Below are positions 49,425-57,372 of a stretch of 64,000 nucleotides of DNA, piece after piece. The stretch lies in sequence record NC_009760.1, one strand, 5' to 3'. Made by a program: the position numbers and the translations under genes. The notes below the pieces were generated by a model. The model searched no databases. It was not told where the DNA came from and saw only the letters and a program-made list of their open reading frames with translations. Each line of letters starts with the position of its first letter. Within the stretch, counting starts at the first letter, position 1.

Positions 49425-49726
49425 TGTTTGGTACACAAGTTCAACAAACTGGTTCTAACGCAAAAGAAATCAACAAGGAACTATCGAACAACTGCGACAT
49501 GTATGAGCCATGTCCAATCTGCTTTAAGTGTCAAAACAAAGCAACTCATTTATATCAGCGATGCGAGGAATGTCCAGTGCAGTTCTGCGGGCATAGTCAC
49601 AAACAACGTTCATTCATTATTCGTCGTGAGAACTTCGCCATCAAAGTAACAGATGAGACTGGTGAGAAGTTTAAAGAAGCGGCGGAGCAGGTTAATCAAA
49701 CTTGCACATGCAATAAGGGAGAGTAA
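49424..49726 (+). CDS. Cys/His-rich metal-binding protein
   Basis: C..CPICFKC...CEEC...CGHSH. Confidence 0.6.
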   Translation: MFGTQVQQTGSNAKEINKELSNNCDMYEPCPICFKCQNKATHLYQRCEECPVQFCGHSHKQRSFIIRRENFAIKVTDETGEKFKEAAEQVNQTCTCNKGE

Positions 49727-49732
49727 GAGACG

Positions 49733-50002
49733 ATGAAAGCTAAACGAGGGTCATGGAAGGCAGTTCCGAAGATTACACCATTCGAAAGAAGAAATGCGAA
49801 TGAAGTTGGGGAAATCATATGTAAGGGATCTAATCCGCTAGGTGTCACTGTACATTCGGCGGAGGGTTCATATACATATACATACAAAGATGTAGCACAC
49901 TACTATGAGCGCAGCCATAAACCGTTCAGCCAAACGGTATCTTTATTTATTATGAAGGATGGTAAAAATGCGAATGACTACAAGCGGAAAGCTATATGTT
50001 AA
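49733..50002 (+). CDS. Hypothetical protein
   Basis: RBS GGGAG; operon packing. Confidence 0.55.
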   Translation: MKAKRGSWKAVPKITPFERRNANEVGEIICKGSNPLGVTVHSAEGSYTYTYKDVAHYYERSHKPFSQTVSLFIMKDGKNANDYKRKAIC

Positions 50003-50180
50003 TCAACTACAGAAACAAATGGATTTAGATATGGAGGAACTGCTTTCTTATGAAGCTCGACAGTACGATGTGGGAGATGACCGCAAAGTACAACCAGCTT
50101 TCATGTTAGGGGATTACTTCGAAGAGAAGAAACAAGAGTCGAAGATGAGAGCATTACGAAGAGGTGAGCAGTATGAGTAA
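49959..50180 (+). CDS. Hypothetical protein (start uncertain)
   Basis: Fills the gap to the next gene; several possible ATGs. Confidence 0.45.
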   Translation: MVKMRMTTSGKLYVNQLQKQMDLDMEELLSYEARQYDVGDDRKVQPAFMLGDYFEEKKQESKMRALRRGEQYE

Positions 50181-50502
50181 ATACAAAGCAGGTTCATCTA
50201 TACAACAGATGGCACAGCGTTCTCGTAAGGAGCGTATTGCACCAACTGAGTATAAGAACTATGATGACTATTTAAAAGCGCAGAAACAAGTGCATGACCA
50301 CTTACATAGCAAACCTGCTATCAGTTGTGAACTATGTGGTTACCCACTAACGTATAACGGTCATAAACCAACTGAGCGTGAACAGAAGTGGAGTATCCAT
50401 GATGTGTGTCAAGAAAAGATGAATAGAATGCTAGACCGTGAGACTGGTATTGCGAGAGAGCGTAAAGCACTAGCAAACCAAAACACGGGTAAACGATTCT
50501 AA
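50173..50502 (+). CDS. Zinc-finger-like hypothetical protein
   Basis: ATG 50173 after GAGGTG; CELC...HDVC. Confidence 0.6.
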   Translation: MSKYKAGSSIQQMAQRSRKERIAPTEYKNYDDYLKAQKQVHDHLHSKPAISCELCGYPLTYNGHKPTEREQKWSIHDVCQEKMNRMLDRETGIARERKALANQNTGKRF

Positions 50503-51311
50503 TGCGTATACACATTGACCAGGTAATAGATTATGTTAGTTGCCCTGCGTTGTACAAGTTTCGTAACGTAGATAAGTTGGAACCGCCCCAGCCTAAAAAG
50601 GGGCGACCAACGAAGAACTCTATCGTAGAACTGTACGACGAGGCACTGCATAAGGCTGTTGCCTATATTTTTAACTCGGTACAAGACGGTAGGTATCCAT
50701 CTCTTACTAACATGAAAAATAGATGGGGCAAGTTATGGATCGCTCCGAGAGCGAAGCAAGAAGATATTAAGTTCAAGCAGGTAAGCTGGCGTGACACACA
50801 CGAGTTAAAGCGCAAGCAAGGCTGGGATAAGATAGAGAAACTATGGCTTCATTACAAAGAAGACCCCGGTTCTCCTATCATGGTAAATTATCCGTATACT
50901 GTACAAATTGGTAAGCATACATTAGAAGGAACGATTGACCTTGTTCGAGTTGCCAAGAAAGAGAATGGTAGAGAACATATTGAGATGGTCGAGTTTATCA
51001 CTGACGAACGGAACGCACCATTCCTACACACTCGCAGGGATTGGAGAGTCACTGCTGCTTCCTATGCTTTCAGGAAAATTATGAAAGCGAATGAGGAGAA
51101 AATAGTGTATCATGGAATTATAAGCGGGAAGTTATTAGATACCACAAGGGATGAACAGGATTATAAGCAACTTGAACATCTTCTAGATGCAATTGAACAT
51201 ATGCAAACTCATGAGATATATTATCCCGTATTCAACGAGAGATGTAACTCATGTTCATATCAAAAGTATTGTGAGAAAGGATGGTTCGATGTTAAAACTA
51301 GTAAACAGTGA
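50502..51311 (+). CDS. PD-(D/E)XK-fold Cas4/AddB/RecB-like protein with a four-Cys Fe-S staple
   Basis: N-terminal SCP, LEGTIDLV, C-terminal CNSCSYQKYC. Confidence 0.72.
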   Translation: MRIHIDQVIDYVSCPALYKFRNVDKLEPPQPKKGRPTKNSIVELYDEALHKAVAYIFNSVQDGRYPSLTNMKNRWGKLWIAPRAKQEDIKFKQVSWRDTHELKRKQGWDKIEKLWLHYKEDPGSPIMVNYPYTVQIGKHTLEGTIDLVRVAKKENGREHIEMVEFITDERNAPFLHTRRDWRVTAASYAFRKIMKANEEKIVYHGIISGKLLDTTRDEQDYKQLEHLLDAIEHMQTHEIYYPVFNERCNSCSYQKYCEKGWFDVKTSKQ

Positions 51312-51426
51312 TGGTGCTGAAATCATGCGCCTCCATGACAATAACACAGAGGAATACGCAGATAAGAAGATTGAGGAACAAGCGAAAAAGGCAATACAAA
51401 AACAGGAGCAAAAGGACGGAGAATAA
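51289..51426 (+). CDS. 45-aa hypothetical protein
   Basis: ATG 51289 after AAAGGA; its stop overlaps the RuvC-like start (TAATG). Confidence 0.5.
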   Translation: MLKLVNSDGAEIMRLHDNNTEEYADKKIEEQAKKAIQKQEQKDGE

Positions 51427-51959
51427 TGCGAATCATGGGCATTGATGCATCACTATCGACAACTGGATATGCGATTTACGATACTGAAATCGGTGACTTC
51501 ATCTTAATAGATAAGATACGTACTTCTATCAAGAAGGCAACACCAACTAGATCCAAGCGTATACAATATCTTTGTGCAGAGCTTAGTCATATTATGTTCT
51601 GGAACTATGTTGACGTCGTTGTAACCGAGGACATTTACGTTGCGCAGAAATCCGCCGCACTTCCATTAGGGATGGTTCGTGGAGCGATTGAGCAACTTGT
51701 ATATGATTTAGAGTTCGAAGGCTTACACATCATCGAAAGTACGAAGATGAAGAAAGCTGTTACTGGCAACGGTAATGCGAACAAACTACTGACATACGAA
51801 ACGCTAAAAGAAATCTACAAAGACAGTCCGCTTGTAATGGAAGCACTCGGTAAAGAGTTGATTAGTGATAACAGTGCCAAGAAGAATGAAGACATGGCTG
51901 ATGCCGTCGGACTCGTTCACGCTTATAAAGCCGACCCTTCACAAGCTCACATTGCCTAG
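51426..51959 (+). CDS. ruvC: RuvC-like Holliday junction resolvase
   Basis: IMGIDASLSTTGYAI, VVVTED, GNGNANK, DMADAVG. Confidence 0.88.
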   Translation: MRIMGIDASLSTTGYAIYDTEIGDFILIDKIRTSIKKATPTRSKRIQYLCAELSHIMFWNYVDVVVTEDIYVAQKSAALPLGMVRGAIEQLVYDLEFEGLHIIESTKMKKAVTGNGNANKLLTYETLKEIYKDSPLVMEALGKELISDNSAKKNEDMADAVGLVHAYKADPSQAHIA

Positions 51960-51985
51960 TTAGTAGTGAAAGGTAGTGTTACGAG

Positions 51986-52849
51986 ATGAATCATAATATC
52001 AGCTATGAAGAACTCACACTATTGGTTTCGGCCTACCAAGATGGAAGTACAGATGCAGCAGAGCAAATCGTTGCAAACTATGACGGATACTTCCTTAAAT
52101 TTATGTCTGTCATGCATCCCGTTCGTTTTCGTATGAAGGATCGCACCCAGCGTAACTTCTTAAAGTTATTCTGCGGTGACGAATCCGTACGAAAGAATGC
52201 ACATCTATACGCTATTAACGAAGTGATTTATCGTAAGCTAATGGAAACGTTATCGAACGTTCGTGATATGTTTAGACACTATCATGAAGATGAACTCATG
52301 AGTGAGATGGTCATCATCTTACTTGAAATGGCGAGAGAACATAATGGAAAAGCTCCGTTTCATATTTACGTTGCTCACTACTTCCCACGCAAACTATACA
52401 AACGTCTGCGTAAAATGGTACAAGGGGATGTAAAACCAAGAGAAGTGTATTATGACGAGGAGGACATTCGTGTAGCGCATTATGATGATGAATACACGGA
52501 CGACAAACCACGTTATTATATCGAACCAACTACACCGACGGACTATGATGAAAACTGGGTCAACGGCTATGGTTGCGGAGAAGTGTTTGAAGATTTAACG
52601 ATTTACGAACGTCGCCTTATTAAATGGTATTACGAAGCGAAGGCGTTGAATCCTGAATCAATGGACAAGGATATTTACTTAGAGCGTAGAGCCGCTTGTA
52701 AGTGTACGGAGTCCGACATCGCAGATCGTCTAGGTTGTAACCGTAAAACAGTGAACCTAAAACGTAACGATGCAAAACGTAGAGTCGAGCAATATGCATC
52801 CGACCTACATTTACTTACGGGTAGCCAACCCAAAGCACATAAGGAGTAG
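51986..52849 (+). CDS. Sigma70-family RNA polymerase sigma factor-like protein
   Basis: Region 2-like FHIYVAHYFPRKLYKRLRK; region 4 HTH TESDIADRLGCNRKTV. Confidence 0.65.
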   Translation: MNHNISYEELTLLVSAYQDGSTDAAEQIVANYDGYFLKFMSVMHPVRFRMKDRTQRNFLKLFCGDESVRKNAHLYAINEVIYRKLMETLSNVRDMFRHYHEDELMSEMVIILLEMAREHNGKAPFHIYVAHYFPRKLYKRLRKMVQGDVKPREVYYDEEDIRVAHYDDEYTDDKPRYYIEPTTPTDYDENWVNGYGCGEVFEDLTIYERRLIKWYYEAKALNPESMDKDIYLERRAACKCTESDIADRLGCNRKTVNLKRNDAKRRVEQYASDLHLLTGSQPKAHKE

Positions 52850-52860
52850 GATGTGATTGT

Positions 52861-53373
52861 ATGAAGTATACAACTTGCACCGAGTGTGGAAACAAAGTTG
52901 GCTACACAACGAATCGTCCAAAGCGATGCACAGCTTGTAAAGAAGAACGTGAAAAGAAATTCACGTATAAGAAACGCAAGCCACAGCGTTCTAAGAAAGA
53001 AGGTTTAATGCAGAAAGTATTAGATGAACTTCTTCCTGACGCTGAATACATAGATAACGGTTACTACTCATGGATGCGTTCTCCTAGAGGAGCGTGCTTG
53101 CAGTTAGACCGTTATTACCCTGACCTAAATCTCGGATTTGAGATGAACGGCAGACAGCACTATGAATTTAATCGTTACATGCATAAAGACGAAGAGGCAT
53201 TTGAATACTTACAAGAATGCGATAGAAGAAAACGCAAAGAATGTAAGAGAAATGGTGTCACTTTGATAACGATTAAGTATAATAAAACTATCACGAAAGA
53301 ATATCTTGTGAAGCGATTCCGCCAAGCAGGTATCCTATCTGATATTAAAAAACAAACTACAGTGATGGAATAG
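52861..53373 (+). CDS. Zn-ribbon plus DUF559/Vsr-like endonuclease
   Basis: CTEC...CTAC; LQLDRYYPDLNLGFEMNGRQHY...DRRKRKEC...GVTLITI. Confidence 0.7.
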   Translation: MKYTTCTECGNKVGYTTNRPKRCTACKEEREKKFTYKKRKPQRSKKEGLMQKVLDELLPDAEYIDNGYYSWMRSPRGACLQLDRYYPDLNLGFEMNGRQHYEFNRYMHKDEEAFEYLQECDRRKRKECKRNGVTLITIKYNKTITKEYLVKRFRQAGILSDIKKQTTVME

Positions 53374-53396
53374 GGTGTCTTCGTGACACTCTTTCT
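53372..53396 (+). terminator. Intrinsic terminator
   Basis: AGGGTGTC-TTCGT-GACACTCT 8-bp stem followed by TTCT. Confidence 0.65.
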
Positions 53397-53416
53397 GTCT
53401 GATAAGGAGGGTTCTT

Positions 53417-53725
53417 ATGTTAGCTCACAACAATAAGACTGGTGTAACGGCACAGCCGAACCAAGAAGCACTCATCGCAGAATGGACTGCTGATGGATTC
53501 AGTTACTTAATTGGATTCACAGGTACAGGTACATATTCGGGTGAGTTTCTATTATATGTAGGCGGTGAACCACACTACGTATATCAAACATCACCGGGTA
53601 ACCGTACAGCTTACATTGCAGATCGCGGCGTACGATTAGATGCAGGTGTGAAAGTACAACTGAAAGTAAAACACGAAGACGACGAAGCACAAACATTCAA
53701 AGGAACAATTCTTGGAGGACGTTAA
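53417..53725 (+). CDS. Small beta-rich hypothetical (structural-like) protein
   Basis: RBS AAGGAGG; all-beta pattern. Confidence 0.6.
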   Translation: MLAHNNKTGVTAQPNQEALIAEWTADGFSYLIGFTGTGTYSGEFLLYVGGEPHYVYQTSPGNRTAYIADRGVRLDAGVKVQLKVKHEDDEAQTFKGTILGGR

Positions 53726-53726
53726 C

Positions 53727-54284
53727 ATGAAGTATGTAGGTAGACTAGATGTAGAAATGGGTGGAATGTTCAGTGGAAAATCAGAAGAACTTATTCGTAA
53801 ATGTAGACGAGCAGAAATCGCTGGTAACAAAGTTCAAGTGTTTAAGCCGAAGCTTGATGACCGCTATAGTGATACAGAAGTTGTTACTCACTATGGTCGA
53901 TCCATCGAATGCGAAGTTGTTACTAACTCGCAAGACTTATACCGCAGGGTTCAACCTGACACAAGCGTAGTTGCCATTGATGAGGTACAATTCTTTGATG
54001 ATAGAATCTACGAAATCATCATGCATCTCAAACGTGACAAAGGCATAGATGTCATCGTAGCAGGATTAGATATGTGGGCTTCGGGTGAACCAGTGATGAT
54101 TGTAGCAAAGCTGGCTGCTGTATCGAATGATGTTCAGAAGTTCCACGCTGTCTGCCAAGATACAGGAGAGGATGCCTACATCTCCTATTGCACGGTAGAA
54201 AAAGATGGTGACGTACTCGTTGGTGGCACAGACAAATACATTGCCCTTTCAGAGAAAGCGTACCTGAAACGACTAAACAAGTAG
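53727..54284 (+). CDS. tdk: Thymidine kinase
   Basis: ATG 53727; GGMFSGKSEELIR, VFKPKLDDRYS, VAIDEVQFF, VIVAGLD, VLVGG..KY. Confidence 0.93.
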   Translation: MKYVGRLDVEMGGMFSGKSEELIRKCRRAEIAGNKVQVFKPKLDDRYSDTEVVTHYGRSIECEVVTNSQDLYRRVQPDTSVVAIDEVQFFDDRIYEIIMHLKRDKGIDVIVAGLDMWASGEPVMIVAKLAAVSNDVQKFHAVCQDTGEDAYISYCTVEKDGDVLVGGTDKYIALSEKAYLKRLNK

Positions 54285-54293
54285 GTGATACCT

Positions 54294-54530
54294 ATGAAAT
54301 GGAACGAAGCATACACGAAGGTATTTACAACAACGGTTGCTGGCGCAACAAAGACAGTCTCAACACCGTACCGTTTTCACATGGGTCAAGGTGATGTACA
54401 AGTATTCGTCAATGGTGTATACGCACCACTCGGAAAAGAATACAAAGAGGTGTCACCGTATTCGATTGAGTTCTTTGAATCACTTGAAGCAGGAGACAAC
54501 GTGACATTCCATTATCAGAAAATGTGGTGA
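54294..54530 (+). CDS. Stand-alone copy of the tail-protein GQT.F beta-module
   Basis: VQVFVNGVYAPLGKEYKEVSPYSIEFFESLEAGDNVTF matches modules in 6199-6996, 8147-11785 and 11782-14592. Confidence 0.65.
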   Translation: MKWNEAYTKVFTTTVAGATKTVSTPYRFHMGQGDVQVFVNGVYAPLGKEYKEVSPYSIEFFESLEAGDNVTFHYQKMW

Positions 54531-54534
54531 TACT

Positions 54535-54942
54535 ATGATATATGTCGGTCAGAGTTTAGTTGCTTTAGACCATAAGTCATGCCGCCTCAAATGGGCGGCC
54601 GTGACCGATAAAGAAATAGACGGTTACTATGTATACATGAGCGAAGACAACGAAAAGAACTACAAAAGAATGGTCGATAAGCCACTTACTGCTCTCGAAT
54701 GGGTGAGTCCTCCTCTACGTTCAGATCGTCGTTACTTCTTCTACATTACAGCCGTAGACCGGTCAGACAATGAGTCACGACCAAGTGCAACCGTACTATT
54801 TTCAAACGAAAGTGAAGTGAATAAGAGTTTAATTCCTGTACCTGCTCCCGTGAACAGGCTCCTTAACGGACAGGAGAAGGTAACAGATAATCTACCTGCT
54901 CAAGACTTCATGCTTTCGTTTCAGTTAGGAGGAAACTCATGA
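54535..54942 (+). CDS. Single-FN3-domain protein
   Basis: LKW...IDGYYVY...YFFYITAVDRSDNESRPS. Confidence 0.72.
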   Translation: MIYVGQSLVALDHKSCRLKWAAVTDKEIDGYYVYMSEDNEKNYKRMVDKPLTALEWVSPPLRSDRRYFFYITAVDRSDNESRPSATVLFSNESEVNKSLIPVPAPVNRLLNGQEKVTDNLPAQDFMLSFQLGGNS

Positions 54943-56399
54943 ACTACAAGTTTATTATTGGCGGAGATGCCAAACATTATGTAGAGTTTTTCTTAAATCA
55001 AAACGACTACACGATTACAGGGCGTTACGCAAAGGCTGGCGTCATTGAGATGGAACACAAAGTAGTTGTCGATGATGTATTATCTGTAGAGCCTACCATC
55101 AACCCACGCTTTGAAGTGTCCAAGAAAGGACGCATATGGGACTTCCATGTAAGTAAACATGATGTGTATGGTAAAGAGTACCGCCGAAGCGTAGCCGTGT
55201 TTACAGCAGAAGATGTAAGTGCTGATAAGGTAGAACTATACAACGATACACAAACCGTGATGACATTAAAAGATTATTCCGTTCATCCACTCGATGTGTA
55301 TAATAGTCAGCTTTCCATCGGTAACTTTGAGTTCCGTACTGTCGATGGCATTACAGGTCAGTCCTCAACGCAGGACGGGAAACCAAAGCTAGGCACAGAC
55401 AGTTTACTCATGGGATTCGGCGGTGACATTCAGATTGATCTATTCGGCGAAGGCGTACTTGATGAAACAAAGATTCCATTTGTGATGATATTAAAAGTGG
55501 ATTCATTAGCGAAGAATGATAGTAGTGGGCAACACCAGTTAGGATTCCAACTAGGTGATAATATGTTTAAAATTGATACGACAAAAGGTATCATCTTGTC
55601 TCGTCCTGATACGGCAGACAAAACATTGTTCACAAAAGATAAGATTCCGACTGACCCGTTTACACTACGTCTATTCGTAAGCAAGACAGAGGCGAAACTA
55701 TTCTTGAATCACACATCTGTATCTATTCCGGATTATAACCGCAGTACACGAGTGGACTTCTTGAAGTTATATAGCTTCTGTAACAATGGTTCGTATTCGA
55801 TTATCGACCTTGTGCAGTTCCATGCACTGACGAACTTTAGACAAGATACAGTTCCTCCAAAAGCCGTTCGAGGTTTAGTAGCTACCGCAGGTAATAAGAA
55901 AGTATCCTTACAGTGGTTACCAAATACGGAGAACGACTTCAAAGGCTATCGTGTTTATGTCAACGGCAAGCAACATAACATCTCGCCGATCGCACTGAAT
56001 ATGTATGATGTGAATGCATTAGAAGATGGTAAGCCGGTACGTATCTCTGTAACCGCAGAAGACTTAGCTGGTAATGAAAGTGTAACGTCATCTGTTATCA
56101 CTATCGCACCGATCTTAGATGTGGCAAAAGAGGTTTCCAACTTCTCTGCACAGGTGACAGAAATCGGTGTACACTTCGATTGGGTTCCGCCAGTCTATAC
56201 AGATATGCAAGGTATTAAAGTATACCGCTTAAATCCAATTGATGGTACACGTATTGAATTAAAGAAACTTCCAACTGATGCGAAGACGTATTCTGATGAA
56301 CCAAAGCCGAAGCCGGGGATGTACACGTATATCGTTACAACCTACGACAAAGCAGGTACAGAGACATACGGTGTGCAAAAGACAATGGAAGTCTTATAA
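54939..56399 (+). CDS. Lectin-like plus two FN3 domains, virion decoration-like protein
   Basis: PPKAVRGL...LQW...GYRVY...VTAEDLAGNES and FDWVPP...GIKVYR...YTYIVTTYD. Confidence 0.72.
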   Translation: MNYKFIIGGDAKHYVEFFLNQNDYTITGRYAKAGVIEMEHKVVVDDVLSVEPTINPRFEVSKKGRIWDFHVSKHDVYGKEYRRSVAVFTAEDVSADKVELYNDTQTVMTLKDYSVHPLDVYNSQLSIGNFEFRTVDGITGQSSTQDGKPKLGTDSLLMGFGGDIQIDLFGEGVLDETKIPFVMILKVDSLAKNDSSGQHQLGFQLGDNMFKIDTTKGIILSRPDTADKTLFTKDKIPTDPFTLRLFVSKTEAKLFLNHTSVSIPDYNRSTRVDFLKLYSFCNNGSYSIIDLVQFHALTNFRQDTVPPKAVRGLVATAGNKKVSLQWLPNTENDFKGYRVYVNGKQHNISPIALNMYDVNALEDGKPVRISVTAEDLAGNESVTSSVITIAPILDVAKEVSNFSAQVTEIGVHFDWVPPVYTDMQGIKVYRLNPIDGTRIELKKLPTDAKTYSDEPKPKPGMYTYIVTTYDKAGTETYGVQKTMEVL

Positions 56400-56407
56400 A
56401 AAGGAGC

Positions 56408-56437
56408 AGGGGCGCACTGGGATATGCGCCCCTTTTT
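56408..56437. terminator. Intrinsic terminator between convergent operons (probably bidirectional)
   Basis: AGGGGCGCA-8nt-TGCGCCCCT 9-bp stem with T-tract downstream and A-tract upstream. Confidence 0.8.
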
Positions 56438-56520
56438 CAAACTTGTTAGAGAGAAAACCAAGTGACACTCACAAGCAGCAAGCTAGGAGTTAATGATAGT
56501 ATAAACACAAAGTAAATTCT

Positions 56521-57372
56521 TTATGCTTGTAGATTAATAATTTTATCTCGGAATTGCCCCACAGGTAGAAAATTGGATTTGCACTCGACTTCTTCCGCAT
56601 GTTTACTGAATACCTCCATCCGTCTATTTACCTTTCGCTCGTTACCTGAAAATAAATATAGTACAGTAGGAAATTTCCTTCGGTAGAATTGCGACCATTC
56701 CTCATTGATCCATTGACCACTAAGCTCCCAATCTCGGTAACGTTCCAGTTTCTTAATTTCATCACTCTCTTTCTTCTCACACGTATCCACCTCAATGAAG
56801 TACCGGTATCCGTAGTTCCCTTTACGGAAGGCAAGAATAATATCCGGTTCAATGTTATAAGTTTTCGGCTTGTGTGTATAACAAGGCATGATGTAGTCAA
56901 TACTGATAGTGCCGTCTAGTTCGAGCAACCTCGCTGACGTGTACACATCAAGTATGTTTGAATGATGACGGTATTCGATAGACAATTGCTTGGGAGGTCT
57001 TCCTCCCTTATCTAACAATCTGTACCCGGCTCGGTCAAGCCAAATGTATTGCGGTGCTGTACCCTCCCCTAACGGAAGTCTAGGGGAGTATTTATTTACA
57101 AAATGGTAATCATATAACTTACGAATGCGGTCACGACATATTTGTCGTCCCTTCAATAATGTATAAAATGGTGCAAGTTCTCTCCCGCTCCTGAGAGACG
57201 TCGGTGGTGTAAGCCAAAATAGATGCTCTGTTTTTACAACAGGAAACTGCGCCATGATTCGAAGCATCTCCACATCACGGGGTGTCAGGATAAACCGATG
57301 CTGGTCTACCCAGTCGTCTGTTATCACTGACACTTCTTCTCGTTCTGAGCGACCTCTACGTATCTTCCCCAA
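56521..57372 (-). CDS. Replication-relaxation (Replic_Relax / MOB_C-type) relaxase
   Basis: TTG start after GAGGG; N-terminal winged HTH (LTPRDVEMLR...RIRKLY); YRHH; EPDII...FIEVD restriction-fold motif. Confidence 0.82.
   Translation of the reverse strand: MGKIRRGRSEREEVSVITDDWVDQHRFILTPRDVEMLRIMAQFPVVKTEHLFWLTPPTSLRSGRELAPFYTLLKGRQICRDRIRKLYDYHFVNKYSPRLPLGEGTAPQYIWLDRAGYRLLDKGGRPPKQLSIEYRHHSNILDVYTSARLLELDGTISIDYIMPCYTHKPKTYNIEPDIILAFRKGNYGYRYFIEVDTCEKKESDEIKKLERYRDWELSGQWINEEWSQFYRRKFPTVLYLFSGNERKVNRRMEVFSKHAEEVECKSNFLPVGQFRDKIINLQA

Noticed and set aside
50502-51311. CRISPR-Cas locus suggested by the Cas4-like gene
   Set aside because: No cas1/cas2, no repeat-spacer array; solo Cas4/AddB-like genes are common in phage recombination modules
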